Of a DNA stretch of 64,000 nt, positions 1 through 13,600 are shown in pieces. Position 1 is the first letter of the stretch. Each line of letters begins with the position of its first letter. The notes beneath the pieces are model-generated. The model was not told the origin of the DNA and searched no databases. It was given only the letters and a program-made list of their open reading frames with translations. The stretch is taken from NCBI GenBank assembly GCA_965222375.1, contig CBDCTZ010000012.1, forward strand, positions 224,001 to 288,000, given 5' to 3'. Source of the DNA: Polyangiaceae bacterium. GTDB taxonomy: Bacteria > Myxococcota_A > Polyangia > Polyangiales > Polyangiaceae. A program made the position numbers and the translations under genes.

Positions 1-1126
1 ATGCGATGCTGACGATCGACGTCAACCACACCAAGGTGGTCAGCGGGGCTTCGAAGTTGGAGCGGCCATCCTTGCCGAAGCTGGCCTTCTGCACTGCTTG
101 GTTGGCCAGATAGCTCGCGCCGCTGGCCACGATCATCATGATCCGCATCGCAAAGATCCAGACCAGGAGCTGAACCTGGAGCAGTTCCTGGGGCACGGCG
201 AGCAAGATGAAGGTGATCAGCGCAACCCCAGTCACGCCATAGGTCTCGAAGCCGTCGGCGGAGGGTCCGACGCTATCGCCTGCGTTGTCCCCGGTGCAGT
301 CGGCGATGACGCCGGGATTGCGAACGTCATCTTCCTTGATCTTGAACACGATCTTCATCAGGTCGCTGCCAATGTCCGCGATCTTGGTGAAAATCCCGCC
401 GGCGATGCGCAGCGCGGAGGCGCCCAAGGACTCGCCAATGGCAAAGCCGATGAAGCAGGCGCCCGCGTAGTCCCGCGGAATGAAGAGCAAGATCGCCAGC
501 ATGATCAACAACTCGACGCTGATCAGAGCCATGCCGATGCTCATTCCGGCTTTCAGAGGAATGGCGTAGACGGGGTAGGGGTTGCCCGAGAGGCTTGCGA
601 AGGCCGTCCGGGAGTTGGCGTAGGTGTTGATGCGGATGCCGTACCAAGCAACCCCGTAGCTGCCGGCGATCCCGATCAAAGAGAACGCCAGGATGATCAA
701 GACCTTGATCGCGTCCATCTTCTGCAGCACGCCGAAGTAGATCAAGATGATGGCGCCAATGAAGACTTCGAGTAGCAGGATGAACTTGCCCTGGGTGATC
801 AAGTAGGTCTTGCAGGTTTCGTAGATCAGTTCGCTGATCTCGCGCATGGACTTGTGGACGGGGAGGTTCTTGACTTGCAGCAGAGTCACGTAGCCAAAAA
901 CCAAGCCGAGGGCGCAAACCGCGAGCCCCAACATCAGGAGCTGTTTGCCGTTCATGCCGAGCATCTGCACGGCTTCTAGGTCCGGCAAAACCAGGTTGGC
1001 CTCACCCCCGTGCTGTGGGCTGCGGGCGAAGGCTCGCGGCGCTGCCAAGAGCGTGGCGGCCAGGCTGAGTAGCATGGTCAAGCCGAGGGAAACCCGGCGC
1101 ATGGCACCGCACACAGACTGAGACAT
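1..1126 (-). CDS. hppA: Membrane-bound H+/Na+-translocating pyrophosphatase, N-terminal part (runs off window start)
   Basis: Not in ORF track; translated manually. ATG at 1126 follows GGAGGA. Contains GGIFTKIADIGSDLMK...EDDVRNPGVIADCTGDNAGDSVG...DGFETYG and several TM segments. Confidence 0.93.
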   Translation of the reverse strand, partial: MSQSVCGAMRRVSLGLTMLLSLAATLLAAPRAFARSPQHGGEANLVLPDLEAVQMLGMNGKQLLMLGLAVCALGLVFGYVTLLQVKNLPVHKSMREISELIYETCKTYLITQGKFILLLEVFIGAIILIYFGVLQKMDAIKVLIILAFSLIGIAGSYGVAWYGIRINTYANSRTAFASLSGNPYPVYAIPLKAGMSIGMALISVELLIMLAILLFIPRDYAGACFIGFAIGESLGASALRIAGGIFTKIADIGSDLMKIVFKIKEDDVRNPGVIADCTGDNAGDSVGPSADGFETYGVTGVALITFILLAVPQELLQVQLLVWIFAMRIMMIVASGASYLANQAVQKASFGKDGRSNFEAPLTTLVWLTSIVSIA

Positions 1127-1264
1127 GGAAACGATCCTCCGCAGCTGTCGAGGGTGAGTTCAGCGTCCGCGCCCCCGTTGGGAATGGTCCCTCGCAGCGG
1201 CGCGGGTGTACCGCAGCCGCGCGTGCCTGCCAACGCGGGCCACCGTGAAAAGGTCGGAACTAGC

Positions 1265-2413
1265 TCAGCTTCGCCGGCGCAGCAGCGCCAAGGCCAAAGC
1301 ACCGAATGCCAGCAGGGCGCCAGGAGCGCGCCGGGGCGTCGCTGGAACGCGGCAACTACAGCCGCCATCGTCGTTGCCGATGCGCCGCGTTTGCTGTTTG
1401 CCGCCGCCGTCGCTCGTTCCGCCACTGCCTGAGGATCCTGCGGAGCCCGCCGTGCCGCCTCCGCCCCCACTGCCTGCGAGCCCCGCATCCGGGCCCGCAC
1501 CCGCGGCGCCTGCGTCAGGCAAGGTCGTGCCGCCAAAACAATTCGACTCGTGGGTCGCGCGCTTGGCGCTGCAATCCGTCGGAGACGCGCAGCTGGGTTC
1601 GGGCAGAGCTGGGGGGGAACCCGAACCGCCCACGTCCGCCGGGTTGGGGTAGGCGAGGGCTACGCTTTCCCAGCGCGGAGGTGTTCCCGCGGGAAACTCC
1701 ACGTAGCCGAATACTTTCTCCTGGTACGGGCTGGCGCCTCCGACCTTCGGATCCCAAACGCCCCGACTCGACTTGTAGGTGGGGTTACTCGGGTTGTTGC
1801 TATAGGCCAGACCGTTGTAGGCCCAAGTTGCGGTGTACCAGTGTTCGATGGTTGTCGGCTGCCGGTCCCCGACGCACTTGGTTGCGCGCCACTTCGCTGC
1901 GAAGATCTGCGCGCCGGTGGCCATGTTGTAGACGGGTTCTGCGGCCACTCGCTTCTGATCGAAGGCTGGAGTTTCGCCCTTGTGCATCCCGCTGGTCACC
2001 TGACCTATGCCGTAGCCGCAGTCAAAAGAGATGATGGTGCGGGATGGCCCGCCAACTTGATCCGACGGGGATGTGGGAACGCAGAATTGCGTCCACGCGC
2101 TCTCGCGCTGGGCGATGGCCTTGAGCAACTCGCAGGCGAACTTCGGCGGAGCGTTGGTCACAGGTGTCGGCTTGTCGCAACCCTGCTTGATGTCGGAGAT
2201 GTTTGGGCCTTGATTGCCCCAGGCGTTTGGGCCCTGAGCGATCAAATCGAAGGTCTTCTGCCACTCAGCGACGGACGGGTTGGTGCCATTGACGGCCTCC
2301 ACGCCGCAGTTGTGAGTGTTGTTGCTGCTGGAGAGCGTGTAGCTGGGGCACGCGGCTCGAGCCGACCCGCCGAGCAACAGCAGCGATACGCCCAGCGCCC
2401 AGTGCCGGATCAT
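1265..2413 (-). CDS. Secreted lytic transglycosylase (SLT/lysozyme-like) domain protein with MYXO-CTERM-like anchor
   Basis: Signal peptide; LKAIAQRES, GYGIGQV and AYNG motifs; Gly-rich linker; C-terminal GGCSC + hydrophobic + RRRS. Confidence 0.75.
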   Translation of the reverse strand: MIRHWALGVSLLLLGGSARAACPSYTLSSSNNTHNCGVEAVNGTNPSVAEWQKTFDLIAQGPNAWGNQGPNISDIKQGCDKPTPVTNAPPKFACELLKAIAQRESAWTQFCVPTSPSDQVGGPSRTIISFDCGYGIGQVTSGMHKGETPAFDQKRVAAEPVYNMATGAQIFAAKWRATKCVGDRQPTTIEHWYTATWAYNGLAYSNNPSNPTYKSSRGVWDPKVGGASPYQEKVFGYVEFPAGTPPRWESVALAYPNPADVGGSGSPPALPEPSCASPTDCSAKRATHESNCFGGTTLPDAGAAGAGPDAGLAGSGGGGGTAGSAGSSGSGGTSDGGGKQQTRRIGNDDGGCSCRVPATPRRAPGALLAFGALALALLRRRS

Positions 2414-3504
2414 GGTGACACCCCGGCGATGCTGTGACGTTGGCCTTCGGGCAGTGACAACACGTGAAGCCGTCGGCTCTTGGTGTCGTACACATAAGGT
2501 ACGCTGAACTTGCTGGGCACGTGATGCTCGAGCGCAACCCAGGGATCCCCCACCGCGCGCACTTCGTCGAAGCCGGCGCCCAGAGGGCGAACGGGGCCGT
2601 TGCCTCCTAGGACCCGGCCACCCAAGGCGTCGTTGACCATCACGCCGCCACCGGGCCAGAAGCTCGGCGTGACTCGCATGTCTTCGGCTCTTGCCAGGCT
2701 GATTCGTTCACCACTCTTCAGGGTGATCCGCTCGACCTGCCAACCTGCGGCGTCGCGATTCGAGAAGTAGAGGTGCCCCTGAGTTGGGTCGATGGAGAAG
2801 TCCCGAGCGAAGGCTGGAATCGACGGCGCCAGGGTGCGCACGCCGCCGGCGTCCAGATCGACGGCGACGAGATCGGCGTGTTGGAACCACACGCGGTACA
2901 AGACGACTTCGTTTTTGTAGCTGCCAGCAATGTGGGTCGTGTAGCCGGTGATGGAGTGCAGGGTCTTTACGTGCCCTACGTCGTCGAACACATCCACGCT
3001 CAGGTTGTCGGAGCGTAGCTTGCCCGCCGCCACGTCTTCCGGGCTGAGGGCAGCGCCTGGCGAGCCGCGCTGCACGACGACTCGGCCGTCGGCAAGGGCG
3101 AGGGGTTGCGAGGCGTACACCAGTCCGGTGGAAAGCTTGCGGGGCAGCTCCCCGGAGGCGAGCGCCCACAAAGAGGAGCGGAAGGAGCGCTCCTTTCCTG
3201 GCTCGGTCTCCGCCACCGCAAAGACGCGTCCCGTTTGGGGGACCAGCTGGCCGCGGACTTCTCCGTCCGGAAGGTGCTCGAGGCTGGCGATGGGTGGGAC
3301 TGCTGCCGACGCGTGAACTGGCTGCAGGCGCAGGGAGCTGTGGCTGGCGCCCGGCGTGGTCGACAAGATCGCGATGCGCGGTCCGGCCTGGGTTTTTTTC
3401 TGCAAGGGCGCAGGGGCTACGCGGGTGGGCGGAGGGGGCTGTGGCGAGTCGCTGGTGTCGCAGGCGAGCGCAGCGACCAGACTCAGCGCAAGAAACCTCC
3501 GCAT
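2410..3504 (-). CDS. Hypothetical lipoprotein, possibly beta-propeller
   Basis: Lipobox ALAC after signal peptide; 4-bp overlap with the downstream gene. Confidence 0.6.
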   Translation of the reverse strand: MRRFLALSLVAALACDTSDSPQPPPPTRVAPAPLQKKTQAGPRIAILSTTPGASHSSLRLQPVHASAAVPPIASLEHLPDGEVRGQLVPQTGRVFAVAETEPGKERSFRSSLWALASGELPRKLSTGLVYASQPLALADGRVVVQRGSPGAALSPEDVAAGKLRSDNLSVDVFDDVGHVKTLHSITGYTTHIAGSYKNEVVLYRVWFQHADLVAVDLDAGGVRTLAPSIPAFARDFSIDPTQGHLYFSNRDAAGWQVERITLKSGERISLARAEDMRVTPSFWPGGGVMVNDALGGRVLGGNGPVRPLGAGFDEVRAVGDPWVALEHHVPSKFSVPYVYDTKSRRLHVLSLPEGQRHSIAGVSP

Positions 3505-3564
3505 CCCACGAGAGTACAGGATGAGCGGCCTGCCGCCCAGCCCGCTCCGGCCTGAAACAAGCGC

Positions 3565-4203
3565 TCAGCTGGCGAGGGAGACGTTGAGCTCCACGATGGC
3601 AGTGCCAAGGGGGGAGCTCTCCACGAAAGCGCCGGTTGCATATCCTCCACCGGGTGCTTCGCCGACGCTGCCGACGCTGATGATCCGAACGTTATCCACT
3701 TGGCGTTGAAAGAGCTCATGACTGCCGCCGCAAACGATGATGTCGGCAGGGTCGTCTCCGATCAGGGCGGAGAGCTCCTGCTCGGTCATGTCAGAAGTGA
3801 AGCACTCCGTAGGGTCCATGGGAGAACCGTGCACGATGAGCAACTCACTGCCGTCGGCCAGCGGCAGCCGCGCTGTCGGGGGCAACTTGCCCAGGCGCGC
3901 TACGATCAGGTCGCCCAATTCCTGTCTCACGGCCGTGAGGCGCTGAATCCGCGCCTCTGCCTCTTCGGACGTGGCCCTCAGCCGTGATGGGTCGACTTCG
4001 AATACCGCGCGGTCCCCAACTCCCTGAACACAGACTGCTTTCAACTCCAGCAGGGTGCGCCAGGTCTCCAGCGGCTCCGGGCCCGGGAACAACAGGTCGC
4101 CACACACGATCAGTTGGTCGAAGCCAGTTTCCCCGGCTTCCTTGAGGATCGCCTGCAGAGCGGCGTGGTGACCATGGATGTCGGAAACGCACAGGAAGCG
4201 CAT
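3565..4203 (-). CDS. Calcineurin-like metallophosphoesterase (YfcE-like)
   Basis: SDIHG, GDL, HGSP, GSVG motifs; GNxD degenerate (GVGD). Confidence 0.85.
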   Translation of the reverse strand: MRFLCVSDIHGHHAALQAILKEAGETGFDQLIVCGDLLFPGPEPLETWRTLLELKAVCVQGVGDRAVFEVDPSRLRATSEEAEARIQRLTAVRQELGDLIVARLGKLPPTARLPLADGSELLIVHGSPMDPTECFTSDMTEQELSALIGDDPADIIVCGGSHELFQRQVDNVRIISVGSVGEAPGGGYATGAFVESSPLGTAIVELNVSLAS

Positions 4204-4233
4204 GGCCGGCCATCCTAGTCGAGCCCTAGCGGA

Positions 4234-7188
<2,955 letters not shown>

Positions 7189-7194
<6 letters not shown>

Positions 7195-8529
7195 ACAGCA
7201 CACGGTCGTCCGGTCCTTGCGAGTGACCTTGCCCGTGGGCAGTGACGGCTGAGGATCGCAGCTCGGGGACTTCGTGAACGTGGGCGTCGAGGAAGTCGCC
7301 CAAAGGCCATCGTGGCAGGTGGACGTGGTCACCGGATCCGGGCTCGAACATTTCGAGCTGTTGTCCATGCTGACGTTCGCCGTGCAACTGCCTCCAACGC
7401 TGCAGCTGCATGCAGTGCAGCCTCGGGTATCGTCCACGTCGGTATAGATCTGAAACGACAGCAGGTACGGGGATGGACAGGTCTGGTCGCCGGCACGAGC
7501 TACGCAGACCTTGGCCGAATACGGCGCCGGTGCGGGCGGTACACAGGTCGACTTGAGGCCGCAACCACCCCCGACACTCGCCCCGCCGCAGAGGGCGCGA
7601 TTCGGGGCCCACTGCACCTTCGGCAGCGTGGTCTTTCCCGTCGTTTTCGGCGCGCAGCTAGCTTGAACCGAGAGCCCCGAGAAACGCACTCGGTGTGGCC
7701 AGTCCGACGGCGGCGAGGCGAGGGCTGCACATGTGCCATCGAGCACCTTGTTCACGTACTTGACGGAGCCACCGCTACAGTTCCAACCCGCGGTGTAGTA
7801 CTTCGTGAACTTGGCGACGCACACGGCGTCTTGCGGGCTGCCGCAGCTACAGCTCGGACAGCTCGCAGGCGAAGCGCTCGGCGTGACGCCGCCTTCCGCG
7901 ATCCGCTTCGGGAAGTTGGCCGGACAGCTCGGTGCGGTGTCCGCTCCGGTATAAAAGACGTGAGGCCCCTGCCATCCCGCCGGTACGGCGGGCGCGCACT
8001 GATAGCCGTGGGCCGCGCAGTCCGTGTCCGCACAATCCACTGCGCCATCAAAGTCGTCGTCCAGTCCGTTGCTGCAGTTCTCGATTCCCGTGCTACCGGC
8101 GTCGCTGGGCGCACCTGCGCTCCCCGCGACGGCACCACCGCCAGCGCTGCCCGCCTCGGCGGCGGCTGCACCAGCGCCGCCCAGCCCTGTCACGCCACCG
8201 GTTTCCGTGCTCGGGAAGCCGCCCGTAGCGCCGCCTGTGCCAAGATCGATCCCGCTGTCTTGGGGTGCTGCACCGGCTCCGGCTTGGCCGCTACCGCCCG
8301 TGAGTTGCACCGTATTGGGATCGCCGCCACCCACGAGGTCCTCGCTCGATGCCGAGGTCAAACTGCACGCCGCGCTGAGCCACGCACCGGCGAGCAGCGC
8401 GAGCTTCGGAGGTCGGACCCTTCGTGGGTGGTCTGCTCCAGTCACTCGGTGGTTGGGTGCAGCAAACCGCAACAATGCCGCGGCCTTGAGCAACCCGGAG
8501 TTTTTCGTGTATTTCGAGAACGTAGGCAT
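7189..8529 (-). CDS. Cys-rich secreted/lipoprotein with Gly-rich linker
   Basis: LSAAC lipobox-like; CSNGLDDDFDGAVDCADTDC acidic motif; many Cys. Confidence 0.65.
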
Positions 8530-8546
8530 GGCGATTCCAATGTGAC

Positions 8547-8562
8547 TGCAATCGCCATGCCG
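8547..8562 (-). promoter_or_regulatory. Putative sigma54 promoter for the 8529 gene
   Basis: Minus strand CGGCATGGCGATTGCA = GG-N10-GC with TTGCA. Confidence 0.45.
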
Positions 8563-8589
8563 CGGACGCGTGGACTACGCTGACCCGCC

Positions 8590-10644
8590 TTGGCTTGCGC
8601 TGTCCACAAGCGAACCCAGGCGGCTGCGCGGCATACCGGGCTCGGGCTGCTCTGGCACCAGCTGATCCTCGTGGTCGCTCTGCTCGCGGGAGTCGGCTGT
8701 CACCACGACCGTCCGGAGCGGCTGCCGGGAGAGACGGACATTCTGGTCACCGCGGTGAACATCCAAGGCGTGGCAGGCGCCGGTCTGAAACTGCCCCATT
8801 CCGATTTGTTCATCTTGCTCGGCCTGCGCAAGGGCAACGTGCTGGTCACGCATCGCTACTTCAACGAGTTCAGACTCGCTGAAGATCGCCGTCGCCTCGT
8901 GTCTTGGTGGCAGAGTTTCGGCTACTTCGATGCGGAGGTCAGCGAGCCCAAGCTGGAGTGGTCATCGGACAAGAAGAGCGTCGCGGTCACGTGGACGGTG
9001 ACGGAGGGGACAGAATACCACATAGGCTCCATCACGCTGAAGCACATGCCCGCGGAGCACGAGCCGGCGATTCGAGATCTCGTGCCGTACAAAGTCGGGG
9101 ATGGCATTGACCTGGAGGAGTACCGCCTCACACGACTGCGCATGGCGGAGCATTTGCAGCGCGCGGGCTATGGCCACGCCAAAGTGATCAGCCGCACCTA
9201 CGTCGACAAGCAGAAAAAGCTGCTGCATTGGTACTATTTCGCCGATCCGGGCCCGAAAACCGTGATCGGAAAAGTCGTGGTCGAGGGTGCCCATCGCCTG
9301 CCTGAAGACAGCGCCATCTGGCGAGCGGGGCTGGTGACGGGTGAGCCCTACAGCCTTGCGCTGAAAGAAAAGGGCCAGCTCGATCTGGTGGATTCCGGGA
9401 GCTATGCGTCGGCTTCGATCAAGCCCGACGCCGACGTCGACCGCGTGTTGCCGGGAGATCGGCCAGACACGGGCGGGGATCTAAAAGACGTGCAGGTGGA
9501 CAAGGATGGCAACCTGGTTCCACGGGAGCTGCCTGAGACGGTCAACATGCGCCTGGTCGTGGTGGAGGCGCCGCGCACTCAGCTTCGCCTGCGCGCGGGT
9601 GCAGAAGCCGATCCATCTCGTGGGGACGCCTACTTTGGTGCGCGTTTGTGGTTGCGCGACTTATTCGGCCCCTTCCACCACATCGTTACCGACGGGCGAA
9701 TCGGCTACGGCGTGAGTTGGGATGACGATGATGATGAATTGTCGGGCCCCTATGGCGAGGCCCTGGTGCGCTACATCAAGAGCGGCTTGTTCGGGCGCCT
9801 CGGCGACTTCCGACTCAGCGGCCGCTACCGGGATTTGCTTTATCCAGGCTTCCAGCTGCGGGAAATCGCCGCGGGTCCTGGTGTGCGCTCGACCCTCGCG
9901 CCGGGTCTGTTCGTCGAATTCGACACCCTCTTCCGTTACGAGGACACGCGTGCATTCGGAGGGTTCACTCCTGCGGTCGAGGATGATTTCGACCTGACAG
10001 ACGACGAGACGAAACTGGGTGAGCTCGATGCGGCACTGATCTGGGACAAGCGAAACGACCCGGTCGAAGCTACGAGCGGCCACCTGCTGCAGCTATCCTC
10101 GGCGTTGTCGCCCGGGGGCAGCCTCGGCACCGAGCGCTACCTCCGCCTCGACCCCGAGCTGCGCGGTTTCCTTTCCCTCAACACCAACTGGTCCCTAGGC
10201 GCCCGTCTCAGCGGCAGCTGGGTGTTCCTCGACGACGGCGCCGTCCCAACGGGGGTGCGGACCTTCGGAGGCGGTGCCTTTGGTCATCGCGGCTTCGGGC
10301 GTTTGCGTTTGTCTCCAGAGGCACCCTGTGAGCCGGGCGCGACTTGCGGCACCGAGTTTGTTGGCGGCAAGAGCCTGCTGGAGTCGAGCCTGGAGCTACG
10401 TTTCCTTCCGTTTCGAAAACCCTTCGGCCTCGCGGTGTTTGGGGATGTGGGTGGCGCTGGGAAAGACGAAAACCCCCTCGAGGACGGAGTCGCTGCGGCG
10501 GTGGGCCTCGGGCCGCGCCTGCGCCTCTGGTACCTGCCCATCAGCTTGGACTTCTCCGTTCGCCTGCTTAACAAGGGCGAAAGCGAGCCCTTCGACGACT
10601 GGGACACCTACTTGGTATTCTTGCGTATCGGAGAGTCCTTTTGA
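8590..10644 (+). CDS. Omp85 family (TamA/BamA-like) outer-membrane protein, probably lipidated
   Basis: POTRA-like N-terminal region, GGG...RGFG barrel motif, C-terminal RIGESF, lipobox GVGC; start uncertain. Confidence 0.8.
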   Translation: MACAVHKRTQAAARHTGLGLLWHQLILVVALLAGVGCHHDRPERLPGETDILVTAVNIQGVAGAGLKLPHSDLFILLGLRKGNVLVTHRYFNEFRLAEDRRRLVSWWQSFGYFDAEVSEPKLEWSSDKKSVAVTWTVTEGTEYHIGSITLKHMPAEHEPAIRDLVPYKVGDGIDLEEYRLTRLRMAEHLQRAGYGHAKVISRTYVDKQKKLLHWYYFADPGPKTVIGKVVVEGAHRLPEDSAIWRAGLVTGEPYSLALKEKGQLDLVDSGSYASASIKPDADVDRVLPGDRPDTGGDLKDVQVDKDGNLVPRELPETVNMRLVVVEAPRTQLRLRAGAEADPSRGDAYFGARLWLRDLFGPFHHIVTDGRIGYGVSWDDDDDELSGPYGEALVRYIKSGLFGRLGDFRLSGRYRDLLYPGFQLREIAAGPGVRSTLAPGLFVEFDTLFRYEDTRAFGGFTPAVEDDFDLTDDETKLGELDAALIWDKRNDPVEATSGHLLQLSSALSPGGSLGTERYLRLDPELRGFLSLNTNWSLGARLSGSWVFLDDGAVPTGVRTFGGGAFGHRGFGRLRLSPEAPCEPGATCGTEFVGGKSLLESSLELRFLPFRKPFGLAVFGDVGGAGKDENPLEDGVAAAVGLGPRLRLWYLPISLDFSVRLLNKGESEPFDDWDTYLVFLRIGESF

Positions 10645-13600
10645 GTGGAGACAGCGGCGATGTGCGCGCGGAAGTATCCCGTGCCCGCCGCGTGGTGCGA
10701 TATGCATTGCGTGGCGCGCTAGCGTTGACCGCGCTGCTCGTCCTGCTGGTGGTGCTCATCCACACGAGCCCGGGTCAGAACCTGATCCGGGGCCGCGTCG
10801 TTGCGGCGCTGAACAAGAAGATGAACGGGTCGGCCTCCTTGGATGCGCTCAGCGTGTCCCTGGTGTCGGGGGTCTCCCTGTCGGGTCTGTCCCTCAAAGA
10901 TGCGACCGGTGCGGAAGTCGTCCGCGTCGACGAGCTTTCCACGAAGCTGACGCTCTCCAAGCTACTCAGCGGCGAAGTCGCGGTTGACCACCTGAAACTT
11001 CATGGCGTGACTCTAGCCCTGAAGGAAGCCGAGGGGGGTGGCACCAACCTGTCCACCCTCTTCAAGAAGTCGCCCCCAAAACCAAAGACGACGAAAAAGA
11101 AAAAGAAGTCGCGGCGAATCTCGGTCGCCAGCATTGACGTGAGCCGGGTCAACGTCTCACTGAAGAAGCTGGACGGTTCGTCTCTGGCTGTGCGGGACCT
11201 TGCCGTGCAGGGACATGTCAGCGCCGTGGCGAGCGAAAAGACCGTGGCTCTCAGCCTCGACAAGATCGCTCTGAACCTCGAGCGCAAAAACAAGGCGGTC
11301 ACTCTTGGCGTTAGCGAGTTCAAGTCCGCCTTGAACGTGGATCTCGTCGGCGGCAAAGGCACAGTGAGCCTCAAGCCCACCTCTGCAAAGCTCAGCCTTG
11401 CTCGCCCCGAAAAACCGCCGTTTTCGACGCCGGTTTCCTTCAACGGTGTCGATCTCGACGTGGCTCCAGGCAGCCTGTCCGCAAGTCTGAAAAAGCTCGC
11501 GGCAGGCCTCGCGTTGCTCGACTCCCTGGAACTCAGTGGCAGCGCAGAGGGTGGCGCACTCGTGGGAGACCAGAGTGCGGTCATCGCCGGCCTCAGCCTG
11601 AAGAAGGAGAAGGTTAACGTTCTGCTCGGCAAGGAATTGCTGGCGTCGGACCTGAAGCTTCAAGCCAAGGTTGGGGGGCCTCCGCAGGCTCTGTCCGTAG
11701 CAGTAGACCTCAATACCGCGGGGGGCACGCTGAAACTCTCGGGCACTGCCGACGTTTCGAAACTCGAGCGCCCCAAATACGATCTGCGCTTGGAAGGCAG
11801 CGAACTCGAAAGCGACAAACTCGTCCACTCGGCAAAAGTGCCCAAAGTTGAAGTGAAAAAGATCGTGCTTCAGCTCAAGGGTAGCGAAATCAAGAAGAAG
11901 CGCATCGACGCCGACGTGGCTCTAGACGTTGGCGACTTGAGCGTGAAAGGCATCAAGATTGACGGGGTCAAGCTGCGGGGTCGGTACGAACGCGGCACAG
12001 TGAAGATCACCGAGCTGACCATCGACGGCCTCGGTCAGAAGTTGAAAGCCGATGGCACCTTCGTGATCGCCTCCCGGGAGCTGTCCCTGAACCTCAAGCC
12101 GTCCGGCGACGTGGGCAAAGCGCTCACAGCGCTGGCCGCAGCGGGGATCAAGGTCAAAACGAAAATCGCGCCGGGCAGGGTCGTGCTTCGGGAAGACGAA
12201 ACCCACCTGGTCGTGCGCGGCAACCTGAACGAGCGGCTGGACGCCGAAATCAAGCAGGCCACGGTGCGGGTGGGGGGAGGCAGTGTCACCGTCTACGGGT
12301 CTGCGGCCTTGAACAAGGGCGAGGCGGACGCCGCTGGGAAGAAGAAGTTCAGCTTGGCTGGCTTTTCCGGCGACGTCCGGCTCAACAACGTCGGCCTCGC
12401 ATCCTTGGCGCGACTCCGCGGCAAGAACCTCAAGGGTTACGACGGTCGCATCCAGGGGCGCGTTCAAGTTCACGGCACCAAACAGGATCCGAAAGCGAAG
12501 ATTGCGCTCCGGCTCGCGACTCGGCCCAGTCGACCTGGGCGCCGCCGTGCCGCGCTGGTGACCCACATCGATGGCAAGCTCAACGCACGAGGCGCAGACG
12601 TCACGCTCAAGTCCGTGCGACGGGACCCCAGTGGAGCTGAGAGCGACGTGCTCGAACTGGACGCCAAGGTGCCTCTCAGTCTGCGGGCGAGGCGCCTGCG
12701 CCGAAACGGCGAGCTGCGGGTGTCCCTGGACCTGCCCCGGCGCCCCCTGTCGAGCTTGCGGGATGTGCTGCCCGATTCCATTGCGCTCAAGTTGATGAAG
12801 TATCCGGACGCCCACGTGGAGGCTCACGTCAAGATCGAGGGCACGGCGGCCAAGCCCCGCGGGAGTTTCGACATCGACTTGGACACCGAAATGCCACTGC
12901 TGGCAGAAGACGGCGGCCGTCAGCGGGTCGCACTGACCGGCACCGTGACGCCTACCTCCGACGGCTCGCATCTCGAAGCCAATCTGCGCGCTTGGCTCGA
13001 CCACCGCCGGGCGAAAGTCGTCAACGGCGACATCTCCGCCGATCTGAAGCGCGAGGGGCGTGACACGCAAGTGGCGTGGAACCTCGGGCTCTCGGTGGAG
13101 CCGCCTGCGCTCGAGGCGTTGCCGGCACGGATTCGACGCCCCGGGCTGTCGGGCAAGGTGGCCGTGCGGGCCGATCTCCAAGGCACACGCAAGGACGTGG
13201 GCGGGCGCGTGGTGGTGACCGCCAAGCGAGTACACAGAAACGGGCTCGGCCCCCTAGACTTGAACACTCAGATCGATCTGGGCGCCCAACAGACCACCCT
13301 CGGGCTGAAGTTTCGTGCCGCAGGCATTGATGCGGTGGGGTTGAAGGGCACGGTCGGTGTAGCCGGCAAGAACCTGATCCCGACCCTACGAGCCAAGAAG
13401 CTGGGCGACCCCACGCTCGACGCAGAGCTCACCGTCGTGCGCCAGCGAGTCGCGAAGTACGCCGTGCTCAGGAAGAAGCTCGAGAAAGTCCCCGGTGACA
13501 TTTCGGGTCGGATCGCGCTGACCGGCACGGTGAAGCAGCCCCTGATCGATGGCGGCGTCGCTCTCGACGAATTCAAGACCTTGGACGGGAGCCCCGGGCG

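Noticed and set aside
98..775. Long antisense or alternate-frame ORFs here and elsewhere (e.g. 5599-6861, 42155-43402, 48375-49577, 62984-63958)
   Set aside because: Shadow ORFs typical of high-GC DNA, opposite well-supported genes
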